Part shown: piece after piece, positions 39,847 to 48,257 of the stretch | How positions within the stretch are numbered: the stretch's first letter is position 1 | Layout: each line of letters begins with the position of its first letter | Source of the DNA: Vulcanimicrobiota bacterium | GTDB lineage: Bacteria > Vulcanimicrobiota > Vulcanimicrobiia > Eremiobacterales > Eremiobacteraceae | DNA length: 64,000 bases | Reading direction: 5' to 3' | NCBI GenBank assembly: GCA_963812135.1 | Contig: CAWETU010000001.1 | Coordinates: 1,280,001 to 1,344,000 of the forward strand | The notes under the pieces: model-generated | Databases searched by the model: none | Seen by the model: the letters and a program-made list of their open reading frames with translations, nothing else | Told to the model about the DNA's origin: nothing | Translations under genes and position numbers: made by a program

Positions 39847-40552
39847 GAACCGCGAGCTCCTGGGCTTTGTAACGGCCCGAGGCAATACCCTGATCTTCCA
39901 AGAGCGCGACGATCGCGGGCGCGACGACGCGGGCCGGCGGCAGCTCGGAGAGATCGACCCCGGGCTCGGCCAGCTGATGCATCGGCGTGTTCATGTCGCC
40001 GGGATCGACGATCAGCACGCGCACGCCGCTGTCCTCGAGCTCTGCGATCAGCGTGTTTGAGATGTGCTCGAGTGCGGCTTTGCTGGCGCCATAGCCGCCC
40101 CAACCCGGATACGAGTTCACGCCGGCATCGGAGCTGACGTTGATGATCGTGCCGTCGCGTCGTTCGCGCATTCCGGGCAAGACCAGCTGCGCCAAGTGCA
40201 GCGGCGCCAAGACGTTGACCCGCATGATGTGCTCGAGGTCCTGCCATCCGAGCGAATCGAGCCGCGGCATCGGACTTGGCCCCAATTCCGATGCGTTGTT
40301 GATCAAGGCATCGATGCGGCCGAAGCGGCGCAACCCCTGCGCCACAATAGTCTCAGCGTCTTCGCTGACGTCGGCGGCGAGCGAGACGACATCCGTGTGT
40401 TCGCGCATCGGCGCGGTCGCGCGCTCGAGCGCGGCGGCGCCGCGCGCCGCGACGATCAGGCGGGCGCCCCGCCTCGCGAGCAGCAAGGCCGTCTCATAGC
40501 CGAGACCGCTGGACGCGCCGGTGATGAGAACCACTGAATCTTTGATTGTCAT
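39833..40552 (-). CDS. SDR oxidoreductase
   Basis: TGASSGLG, NNAS, YGASK, DPGDMNT. Confidence 0.9.
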   Translation of the reverse strand: MTIKDSVVLITGASSGLGYETALLLARRGARLIVAARGAAALERATAPMREHTDVVSLAADVSEDAETIVAQGLRRFGRIDALINNASELGPSPMPRLDSLGWQDLEHIMRVNVLAPLHLAQLVLPGMRERRDGTIINVSSDAGVNSYPGWGGYGASKAALEHISNTLIAELEDSGVRVLIVDPGDMNTPMHQLAEPGVDLSELPPARVVAPAIVALLEDQGIASGRYKAQELAVHAVR

Positions 40553-40610
40553 ACGGTGAGTATGCGCCATGCGCGCAGCCAGTGCCATCGTGCAGTCGAG
40601 CAGGCGGCGG

Positions 40611-40628
40611 CCTGTCCGATCGGACAGG
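40611..40628. promoter_or_regulatory. Perfect 18-bp palindrome upstream of the SDR-QueA-like operon
   Basis: CCTGTCCGATCGGACAGG. Confidence 0.6.
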
Positions 40629-40714
40629 GATGGTCGAATCCGTACGAACATATGACCGGATGGAACTTCTCGTGTTCGTGAGAACGTTCTCTGACGGGAA
40701 GGGTTAGGTATTTC

Positions 40715-41512
40715 ATGCTGCTTGAAATTATCGCCGCTTCAATCTTCGCGTTTGCCACCAACACAGTGCCGGCCAACGCGCCGCAGCCGGCGACACAGCC
40801 GCTTCCAAAGCTCACATGCGCCGGCTTCGGCTTGAAGGAAGTGATCATCATCGATAACGATCGATTCCCAGTGCCGGCCGGCACGATCGTGGAGTGGCAA
40901 CTTCCGGCGGAAACGCATCTTGTAGGCGGCGGTGACGTCTACTTCCCGCCAGCGAGCGGGTTCTACGAGTTCCAACAGCCGCTGATCCCAGGGGGTCAGT
41001 TCGCCCTCAACGCGCCCCTGCCCGCGCCTGCGTCAGGCGGGCCGGGAGGGCCGCAGCCTCCGCCGGAACTAGTGGCGCTCGTTATTGAGTTGTTTCGCGG
41101 CTGCAACATAAGTTACTCGACGCGCGCCGCGATGATGGCCCAACAGATGCAAGTGCATAGCATCGTCGCGCTCATGCCCGCCACGCCGACGGGAGTGTCT
41201 GTACGCCGCACGGACGCGAACACGGTGCGCGTGGCATGGAACGGCGGTCTGGCCACCGCCCATTTCTCGATCTACGACCTGACGACCGCGTCGAGTCCGC
41301 CGAACAGCTACCATGGCTGGCAAAACCCGGTGACGGTCGCCGGCAACGTTCTCACATCGACCGTATCGATTCCGGCGGCGACGAAACCGCAAACCAACTA
41401 TTATATGGTGTGCGCCGCAAACGCCAACGCGAGCATCGTCAATTGTTCGGCACCCGCGGTCGAGAGCGCCCTCCCGTACGCCGCACCGCATCCGCTCGTG
41501 CAGCCGCATTAG
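40715..41512 (+). CDS. Secreted hypothetical protein with Fn3-like C-terminus
   Basis: Signal peptide; PATPTGVSV..VRVAW..YYMVCAAN. Confidence 0.6.
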   Translation: MLLEIIAASIFAFATNTVPANAPQPATQPLPKLTCAGFGLKEVIIIDNDRFPVPAGTIVEWQLPAETHLVGGGDVYFPPASGFYEFQQPLIPGGQFALNAPLPAPASGGPGGPQPPPELVALVIELFRGCNISYSTRAAMMAQQMQVHSIVALMPATPTGVSVRRTDANTVRVAWNGGLATAHFSIYDLTTASSPPNSYHGWQNPVTVAGNVLTSTVSIPAATKPQTNYYMVCAANANASIVNCSAPAVESALPYAAPHPLVQPH

Positions 41513-41524
41513 GATCAGGATGCA

Positions 41525-43282
41525 TCAGAGGAGGCGGCGGCGCGCGGCAACAGCGACCGCCTGGGCCCGATTGTCGGCGCCGAGCTTGGTCATCACGGAG
41601 TTGAGGTGGAACTTCACCGTGCGTTCGGCGATGTCCATGCGGCCCGCGATCTGCTTGTTCGAAAGCCCGTCGGCTACGAAGCGCAACACTTCCCGCTCGC
41701 GCACGGTCAACGCCGCCGGCGCCGGCTCGCGGACCTCCGCCGCCAGCACCGCGGCGATGGGCGGAGGGAGGAACGAACCGCCGGCATAGACCTCGCGGAT
41801 GGCGCGGGCTACTTCGGTCGCCGGTGCGCCCTTGAGGATGTAGCCGCGCGCGCCGGCGCGCACCGCGCCGACGATCTTGTCGTCGTCGGCATACGCGGTG
41901 AAGATGACGACGCGCGCGTCCGGCATCGCCCGCGCGAGCTCGCGCACCGCCTGCACGCCGCTCAGACCCGGCATCTCGAAATCGAGCAACACGACATCCG
42001 GCCGCCATTGTGCGCCGTGCGCGATGAGATCCTCGGTTGAGCCCGTGGCGCCGACGATCTCGAGATCCTGCTCGCCGTCCAGGGCCGCCGTCAGGCCTTC
42101 GCGGACAACCGGATGATCATCGACGAGCGCGACCCGGATCATCGCAGTCGCGGCCGCCACCGGCACCGTGACCGCGACGGTGGTGCCGCGGCCGCGCGAG
42201 CTCGCGATCTTCAGCGAGCCGCCGGCGAGCTGCGCGCGCTCGCGCATCCCGATGACGCCTTGACCCGACCCGCGCGACGACCGGCGATAGCCGAGGCCGT
42301 CGTCGTGCACCTGGAGCGTCGCGCGGTTGCCGCGTTTCGACAAAGTGATCGCGACCGCCGTGGCGCGCGCGTGCTTGTCGACATTCGTGAGGGCCTCCTT
42401 CGCGATGGCGAGCAGCTCGCTCTCGACGGATGCCGGCAGGTCGAATTGAGCGGCCTGCACGCGCACCTGCACGCCCGTGCGCGACGTGAACGATCGCGCG
42501 AGCGACTCCAAACCAGTTGCAAGCGGCTCGCCCGCCCGCGTGGCGCCGCGCAGCGACTGCATCGAACCGCGCGCCTCGCCGATGCCTTCACGCGCGACGT
42601 CGAGGGCCCGCGCGAGTTCGCCACGTGCGCGGTCGCTCGCGCCATCGAGGTGCTTGAGCGCTCCCTCTAAGTGCAAGGCGATCGCAGTGAAGCGCTGCGC
42701 CAGCGTGTCGTGGATCTCGCGCGCGAGCCTGGTCCGCTCCTCGATCCGCGCGAGACGCGCGCCTTCGCCCGCCAGCCGCATGCGCTCGATCGTCGCGCCG
42801 GCTTGCAGCGCGATCGTCTCGAGCAAACGCAGCTCACCTTTCGAGAGGCGGCGCCATTTCGGGCCGGTGAGGTTCATGATGCCGAGCGGCTTGCCGCGAA
42901 AATACAGCGGCACGCTCGCATGGTAGCGCAGGCCGCCGGTCAGCTCGGTGTGTTCGCCCGCGACCGCGGGTGCGAGCCGGCTGCACTCGATGACGTCGAC
43001 ATTGTGCGGCGAGAGTTTGCCGTCGCGGAAGTCCTGCGTGCATTGACACCAGCTGCCCGCCATGCGCACCGGTTCCCGCAAGTATGGAGGAAGATTGTGC
43101 GCGGCCACATTGTAAAAACGATTGGTGTCAGGATCGATCAGCCAAATCCAACCGGTGCGCAATCCGAGTAGGCCTGTGACGATCGCGAGCATGCGCTCGA
43201 GCGCCCGCCCGAGGTCGGTGGCGGCGTTGAGCTCGTCGGCGATGGCGTACAATATGCGCAGCTCTTTCGCGCGAGCTTGCAT
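41525..43282 (-). CDS. GAF + HisKA_3 histidine kinase fused in frame to a NarL/LuxR response regulator (regulator ATG at 42142)
   Basis: ERTRLAREIHD, EALTNVDKHA, DDGLG; VDDHPVV, LLDFEMP, LTVREREVL. Confidence 0.85.
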   Translation of the reverse strand: MQARAKELRILYAIADELNAATDLGRALERMLAIVTGLLGLRTGWIWLIDPDTNRFYNVAAHNLPPYLREPVRMAGSWCQCTQDFRDGKLSPHNVDVIECSRLAPAVAGEHTELTGGLRYHASVPLYFRGKPLGIMNLTGPKWRRLSKGELRLLETIALQAGATIERMRLAGEGARLARIEERTRLAREIHDTLAQRFTAIALHLEGALKHLDGASDRARGELARALDVAREGIGEARGSMQSLRGATRAGEPLATGLESLARSFTSRTGVQVRVQAAQFDLPASVESELLAIAKEALTNVDKHARATAVAITLSKRGNRATLQVHDDGLGYRRSSRGSGQGVIGMRERAQLAGGSLKIASSRGRGTTVAVTVPVAAATAMIRVALVDDHPVVREGLTAALDGEQDLEIVGATGSTEDLIAHGAQWRPDVVLLDFEMPGLSGVQAVRELARAMPDARVVIFTAYADDDKIVGAVRAGARGYILKGAPATEVARAIREVYAGGSFLPPPIAAVLAAEVREPAPAALTVREREVLRFVADGLSNKQIAGRMDIAERTVKFHLNSVMTKLGADNRAQAVAVAARRRLL

Positions 43283-43336
43283 GGTGCCGCGAGTTCGGTC
43301 CCGAACGCTCTTTGTCCGCCCCGAAAGGATGCGATC

Positions 43337-43906
43337 ATGGCCGGTAAGATCACGTGGGTTCCGACTCTTGATGACGCGCTCGCCCAGTCCAAAGGTTCCG
43401 GCAAGCTCGTGCTGCTGGATTTTTTCAGCCCTACCTGAGGGGGCTGCAAAGCGCTGGATACCGTGACGTATCCACAGACCTTCGTCCAAGACATCATCAA
43501 CGAGTTTTGCGTCCCCGTGCAGATCAACAATTCACTTGACGAGAACAAGCCATTGCTCACGCGTTTCAGGCACATCTGGACGCCCGATCTGCGCGTGCTT
43601 GACACCGATGGGTACGAACTCTATCGCTGGAACGGCTATCTGCCGCCGGCGGAATTTGCCGCACAGACGCTGACCGCGCTCGGTCTGGCGCGGTTGCGCT
43701 TGCGGCAATTCGACCAGGCGCAGGGCCACTACACCGACGTGCTGCGCCGCTTTCCGACGTCGTTTGCGGCGCCCGAAGCGGCCTATTTCCTCGCCGTGAC
43801 CAACTACCGCAGCTCCGGCGAAGCGAATGCGCTGCTCCACGGCTGGCACGATCTCGAGAAAACGTATCCCACGAGCGAGTGGACGGCGAAGCAGAACTTC
43901 GACTGA
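43337..43906 (+). CDS. Thioredoxin-fold + TPR-like selenoprotein (UxxC), TGA at 43436-43438
   Basis: MAGKITW..LDDALAQSKGSGKLVLLDFFSPT-TGA-GGCKALD, in frame with ORF 43463-43906; AAGGA RBS. Confidence 0.9.
43455..43474 (+). promoter_or_regulatory. Candidate bacterial SECIS
   Basis: TGGATAC-CGTGAC-GTATCCA, loop 23 nt after the UGA, G at loop position 2. Confidence 0.7.
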
Positions 43907-43910
43907 CGCG

Positions 43911-44489
43911 CTAGTCCAGTCCGATCCATTCGCGGATCTGCCGCGCCACGCCCTCGGCTGATGGCGGGTCGTAGTTCGACAAGACGACGAGCGTATAGCC
44001 GCTTGCGGGATCGATCTCAAGATCGGCGTTGATGCCGGGTGCACCGCCCGCGACTCCGATACCCTCGCCGAGGACGGAACGCGTGCCCGCAGGGTCGAGC
44101 AGCTTCCCGCTCTCAAGCGCAGCGCTGTTGCCGATCGTATCGTCGTGCGAGAGCTTGCGCTGAGCGACGAGCTGTTCGACCGCGATGCGCGTCATAAGCT
44201 TGTTGATCGAACCCAGATTGAACCGCATGTCGAGTGTGTTCGGCGCGGCGTACTCCTTGCTCGCCATGCCATAGGCGCCGCTGAACACGACATCGCCATG
44301 TCGAGCGAGCACGACGACACCTGAAAACGCGTCGGCGAGCGCTTGCGTCGCCAAGTACGACCTGATGCGTGCGGCAAGGTCCGCCGGCACGGGCGGCTGC
44401 GTTTGCGCGGCGACCGTTTTCGAAGGCGCCGCTGCCATGAGAACGGCCAGCGCGATGACAGCCAGCGCCGCACGGCGTATCGCCTTCAT
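43911..44489 (-). pseudogene. Serine hydrolase (beta-lactamase family) with large in-frame internal deletion
   Basis: FNLGSINK (SxxK) joined shortly to GGAPG..VVLSN; YxN region absent. Confidence 0.65.
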
Positions 44490-44524
44490 GCGTTCACCGT
44501 AGATCGGTCGAATAAATTCGACCG

Positions 44525-45019
44525 CTACACGGCGCGATCGAAGAACGTATCGTCGGCGGAGCGGCGGACCGGCAAGTCCGTCGGCCGCATATCGTCGGCC
44601 TTGGGCGTCGCGGCATCGCGCGATATGCCCGCCTGGGACGTGATCGAAGAATCGCCGACGGAGTCCGCGAGGCGCTGCAACGCCACCCGGCGTTCGCGGT
44701 AGAACTGCCGCAGCGAGATACTAAGATCAGCCGCTACGCGATCGCGCAGCTGGCCGCCGACGTCATACTGCTCGATGATGGCCCGCTGCCGTCTGCGTTG
44801 CAGGGCGCCGCGGAGCGTGTGCTGCTCGGCGTCGAGCATCGTGACGCACCACAGGACGAAGCGCTGCACGTTGCGGACGTCCGTTTCGTCAAATGGACGC
44901 GCCGCCGGCGATTGCCGGCGGAAGAAGCGGATGGCGTTCGCGAGCGGATCCCTGCGCAGGGCGACAGGGTGGTAGAGATTGCGCAGCAACCGCTTCACGG
45001 AGCCAGGCGTGGCTTCCAT
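44525..45019 (-). CDS. Hypothetical protein with C-terminal HTH
   Basis: VAADLSISLRQFYRERR; paralog of the 47145 gene. Confidence 0.6.
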   Translation of the reverse strand: MEATPGSVKRLLRNLYHPVALRRDPLANAIRFFRRQSPAARPFDETDVRNVQRFVLWCVTMLDAEQHTLRGALQRRRQRAIIEQYDVGGQLRDRVAADLSISLRQFYRERRVALQRLADSVGDSSITSQAGISRDAATPKADDMRPTDLPVRRSADDTFFDRAV

Positions 45020-45121
45020 TGATCCCTCTTACGCCGCCGTGATCGAAATGTTTCACCCCGAAAGGGGTCGCCGCTGACACCGTCGTTCGGCCAGCCCGTG
45101 GCATTTCCTTGTCACCGAAAG

Positions 45122-45133
45122 GTGCATATGCAC
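45122..45133. promoter_or_regulatory. Palindrome, probable MarR operator
   Basis: GTGCATATGCAC upstream of the MarR start. Confidence 0.5.
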
Positions 45134-45159
45134 GTTTTCAGCGAAGATACAGCCGTTCC

Positions 45160-45615
45160 ATGAAAACAAATCGTCTCGACCCCGAACGGCTGGAGCAGTG
45201 CGCTTGTCTGAGCGCGCGCAAGACCGCGCGCGCGGTCACCCGCGCGTTCGACGCGGCGCTCGCCCCGAGCGGCCTGGAGGCGACGCAATTCACGGTGCTC
45301 GCAGCGCTCGCCGGCGCACCGCAGACCGTGGGCCGGCTGGCAGACGAGCTGGTCATGGACCGCACGACGTTGTCGCGCAACGTCCAGCCGCTGCGGCGGC
45401 TCGGCTTGGTGTCCGTACGTCCGGATCGCGATGCACGCCGCCGCGTCGTCGCGCTCACCGGCGCGGGCACGCGCAAGCTCAAGGCAGCATTCCCGTTGTG
45501 GCGTAAAATGCAGCGCGAGACCATGGCTGCGGTGGGTCGGGCGCGATTCGTCGACGCCCTCGAAAGCATGTCAGAACTTACCGCGGCTTCGATCGCGCCG
45601 CGGTCGAGCCGCTAG
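45160..45615 (+). CDS. MarR family regulator
   Basis: CACLSARKTARAVTR, MDRTTLSRN, DARRRVVALT. Confidence 0.88.
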   Translation: MKTNRLDPERLEQCACLSARKTARAVTRAFDAALAPSGLEATQFTVLAALAGAPQTVGRLADELVMDRTTLSRNVQPLRRLGLVSVRPDRDARRRVVALTGAGTRKLKAAFPLWRKMQRETMAAVGRARFVDALESMSELTAASIAPRSSR

Positions 45616-47021
45616 TAGCGGGTCACCGGACGCAGATCGTCGATCCGCGGGTCATAGTACACTGTGGCCATCGAGTTGTCACGATGCTCAAGCGCCAAGA
45701 CCAGGTATCGCTGAGCGAGCTGCCGCTCGTTGAGCGCGTCATAGACCAGGGCGAGCGAGTACCACGGCCGCGGATGTTCTGCAAGCAGCTGGTCGAGCGA
45801 TGCCTCGGCTTCGCGCCGCCGGTGCTGCAGCGCAAGGATGCGGCCGCGCTCGGCGACGTAGGTTGGATCGGGATTGAGCCGGTTCGCCTCGTCGATCGCC
45901 TTGAGCGCATCGTCGTATTGGCCTTGCTGTTCTTGTGAGAGCGCCATGCCGAAAAACGTATAGTCGTTCCTCGGGTCGATCGTGGACGCTTCGGTGAACG
46001 CGACCAGCGCACGATCGAACTGCCGGACGTAGAAGAGCTGCCAGCCAAGCGCGATCTTGATGATGCTTGAGGTGGGCTCGAGCTCGCTCGCCTTTTCGAT
46101 CTCGGCAAGGCTGGCGGCGCTGTGGCTGCGGCTATAGAAGAGCAGCCACGAATACCATTCGTGCGCGGTGGCGTAGTTCGGATCGAGACGGATCGCCTCT
46201 TCGAATTCCGTCTGGGCGACCCTCATGTCGCGGTCCACGTTTTCGGCGACGAAGGCGACCGATGCGTGGCATTCGGCGCAGGTGTCGTCGAGCGCGACGC
46301 TGCGCGCCGCGGCGACGCGCGCGAGTTCTCCAAGCCGCTTGGCTTCCTCGGGCGAATCCGACGCGAGCCGCATGACCGAGTACGTGTCGGCCAAACCCGA
46401 ATATGCCTGCGGATACTGCGGGTCCAGCCTGATCGCCGATTCGAATCGGTTGAGCGCGATCTTGACGTTCGGATCGGTGCGCCGGCTCCAATAGAAGCGT
46501 CCTTGCTCGTAGGCAACCCTCGCCGCTGGATCGGCGGTCGCAAGCGGCGCGTGGGAGGGCCGCACCGTCGACAACAGCGCGATGAGACTGAGCGCGAGCA
46601 CGCCGCCGATGAGCGCGGCGCGCGCCGGGAGCGACCAGCGCTCCAAGCGCTGCGAGGACAACGTGGGGGTTGACGGGTCTTCTGCAAGCGGCGCCGAGCT
46701 TTCGCGACTCGCGGCGGAAACAAATCGATAGCCTTGGCCAGGTACGGTCGCGATGATCTCACCGTCGTCGCCCGCGATCTTGAACGTGCGGCGTAGCACG
46801 TAGACGGTTTGCGGCACATTGTTGGGTTCGACGCAGCCTTCGGGCCAGACCGCGGCGAGCAGATCGTCTTTCGTGACGATCTCGCCTGCATGCTCGAGGA
46901 AGTATCCAAGCGCGGTCGCGCACCGCACGTTGAGCTCGATCGGGCGGCCATCGCGCGTCAGCGTCTTGGTCGCGGGGTCGAAACGATAGCGGCCGAACCG
47001 CACGACGGCGCCCTGTGCCAT
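45612..47021 (-). CDS. Winged-helix (OmpR/CadC-type) + TM + TPR regulator
   Basis: VTKDDLLAAVW, IATVPGQGYRF, TM segment, TPR repeats. Confidence 0.85.
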   Translation of the reverse strand: MAQGAVVRFGRYRFDPATKTLTRDGRPIELNVRCATALGYFLEHAGEIVTKDDLLAAVWPEGCVEPNNVPQTVYVLRRTFKIAGDDGEIIATVPGQGYRFVSAASRESSAPLAEDPSTPTLSSQRLERWSLPARAALIGGVLALSLIALLSTVRPSHAPLATADPAARVAYEQGRFYWSRRTDPNVKIALNRFESAIRLDPQYPQAYSGLADTYSVMRLASDSPEEAKRLGELARVAAARSVALDDTCAECHASVAFVAENVDRDMRVAQTEFEEAIRLDPNYATAHEWYSWLLFYSRSHSAASLAEIEKASELEPTSSIIKIALGWQLFYVRQFDRALVAFTEASTIDPRNDYTFFGMALSQEQQGQYDDALKAIDEANRLNPDPTYVAERGRILALQHRRREAEASLDQLLAEHPRPWYSLALVYDALNERQLAQRYLVLALEHRDNSMATVYYDPRIDDLRPVTRY

Positions 47022-47144
47022 ACGGTCTGGTTCGGTTCGATGGCACGCAGATGCTCCTCGACAGGCACCCGTTTGGCATTCTCATGGCAAAAAACCGCCG
47101 ATTATTGAGCGATACTTGATTGCCTAAAGCGCGCTTGGGCGCGT

Positions 47145-47560
47145 ATGGTTGGACGCGAGGTCATCGCTTTGTTCACACCGGCTGCCGTCACCCAGTTCCT
47201 CCGGCACCTGCACTACCCGTTGGCGCTGCGCCGCAGCGCCGCTGCCCGAGTCATCTGCTCGGAGCGGCGGCCGATCCAGGCGGACGAGCCGCTGCGCAAC
47301 GATGACCTCGTCTTCGTGCAAAGCGTCGCGCACAGCTGTCTTGCGCAGATCGAAGCCGAGCCGCAGACCTTGCGCGGGGCGGCCAGCCGCGCGCGGCAGG
47401 CGGCGATTTTGACGCGTTACGAGGTGAAGGGCGAACCGCGCGAGCGCATCACCGCCGAGCTGAGCATCTCCGCGCGGCAGTTCTATAGAGAGCGCGCGCG
47501 CGGCTTGCAGACGTTCGCCGCGCTCTTAGCCGACCGCGTGCTAGCCGGCGTCAGCGGCGG
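47145..47560 (+). CDS. Hypothetical HTH protein (true 3' end uncertain)
   Basis: FLRHLHYPLALRR, AELSISARQFYRER. Confidence 0.55.
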
Positions 47561-47690
47561 CCGCCGGGCGCGCGGCGTGCCGGTACTCGCTGGGGTTGGT
47601 GCCGGCCACTCGCTTGAACGTCTTGGAAGTGGCTCTGGTCCGCAAAGCCCGCCGCGACCGCTGAGGCTAGCGCTCCCGCTCGGCACTTCC
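47541..47690 (-). pseudogene. AraC-family C-terminal HTH remnant
   Basis: AVAAGFADQSHF, frameshift, then KTFKRVAGTNPSEYR. Confidence 0.65.
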
Positions 47691-47745
47691 TCGCCTTTCG
47701 CAGCAAAAAAAGGGCCGCGACGCGTGCATGGCCGTATGTTGCCAG

Positions 47746-48078
47746 ATGAAAACGGGCGAACGGCTGACGTTCGCGCAGTTCTGGCCGACGTATCTGCGCG
47801 ATCACAGCAATCCAACCACGCGCGCCATCCATCTCGCGGGCACCGTCGCAGCGCTGCTCTGCCTCGCTACCGCGCTCATCGCGCGCAACCCGTGGTGGAT
47901 CCTCATCGGAATCATCGCCGGTTACGGCCCGGCGTGGTTCGCGCATTTCTTCGTCGAGAAGAACCGCCCCGCGACGTTCAGCCACCCCTTTCTCTCGCTC
48001 GCCGCCGACTTCGCCATGTTGGGCCACGCGCTGCGCGGCACGCTCGACGACGAAGTCCGCAAGGCGACGCAGCAGTAG
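47746..48078 (+). CDS. DUF962/Mpo1-like membrane protein
   Basis: FAQFWPTYLRDHS, AWFAHFFVEKNRPATF. Confidence 0.85.
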   Translation: MKTGERLTFAQFWPTYLRDHSNPTTRAIHLAGTVAALLCLATALIARNPWWILIGIIAGYGPAWFAHFFVEKNRPATFSHPFLSLAADFAMLGHALRGTLDDEVRKATQQ

Positions 48079-48118
48079 CGCAGGCCTCCCGCGGGGTGGA
48101 ACAGAATGCAGGCGGCGC

Positions 48119-48191
48119 GCCGAGATAGCTCAGTTGGTAGAGCACCGCACTGAAAATGCGGGTGTCGTCAGTTCAATTCTGACTCTCGGCA
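48119..48191 (+). tRNA. tRNA-Phe(GAA), CCA not encoded
   Basis: GCCGAGA acceptor stem, CCGCA-CTGAAAA-TGCGG. Confidence 0.95.
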
Positions 48192-48257
48192 TATCGCTTT
48201 TGTGCAGCACCCCTGCCGTACACGCTGCACTTCCTTTATACCGCGGGATCTGGCGCC

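Noticed and set aside
47560..48128. C-terminal extension of the 327-aa ORF 47145-48128
   Set aside because: It runs through an antisense AraC relic, the DUF962 gene and into tRNA-Phe.
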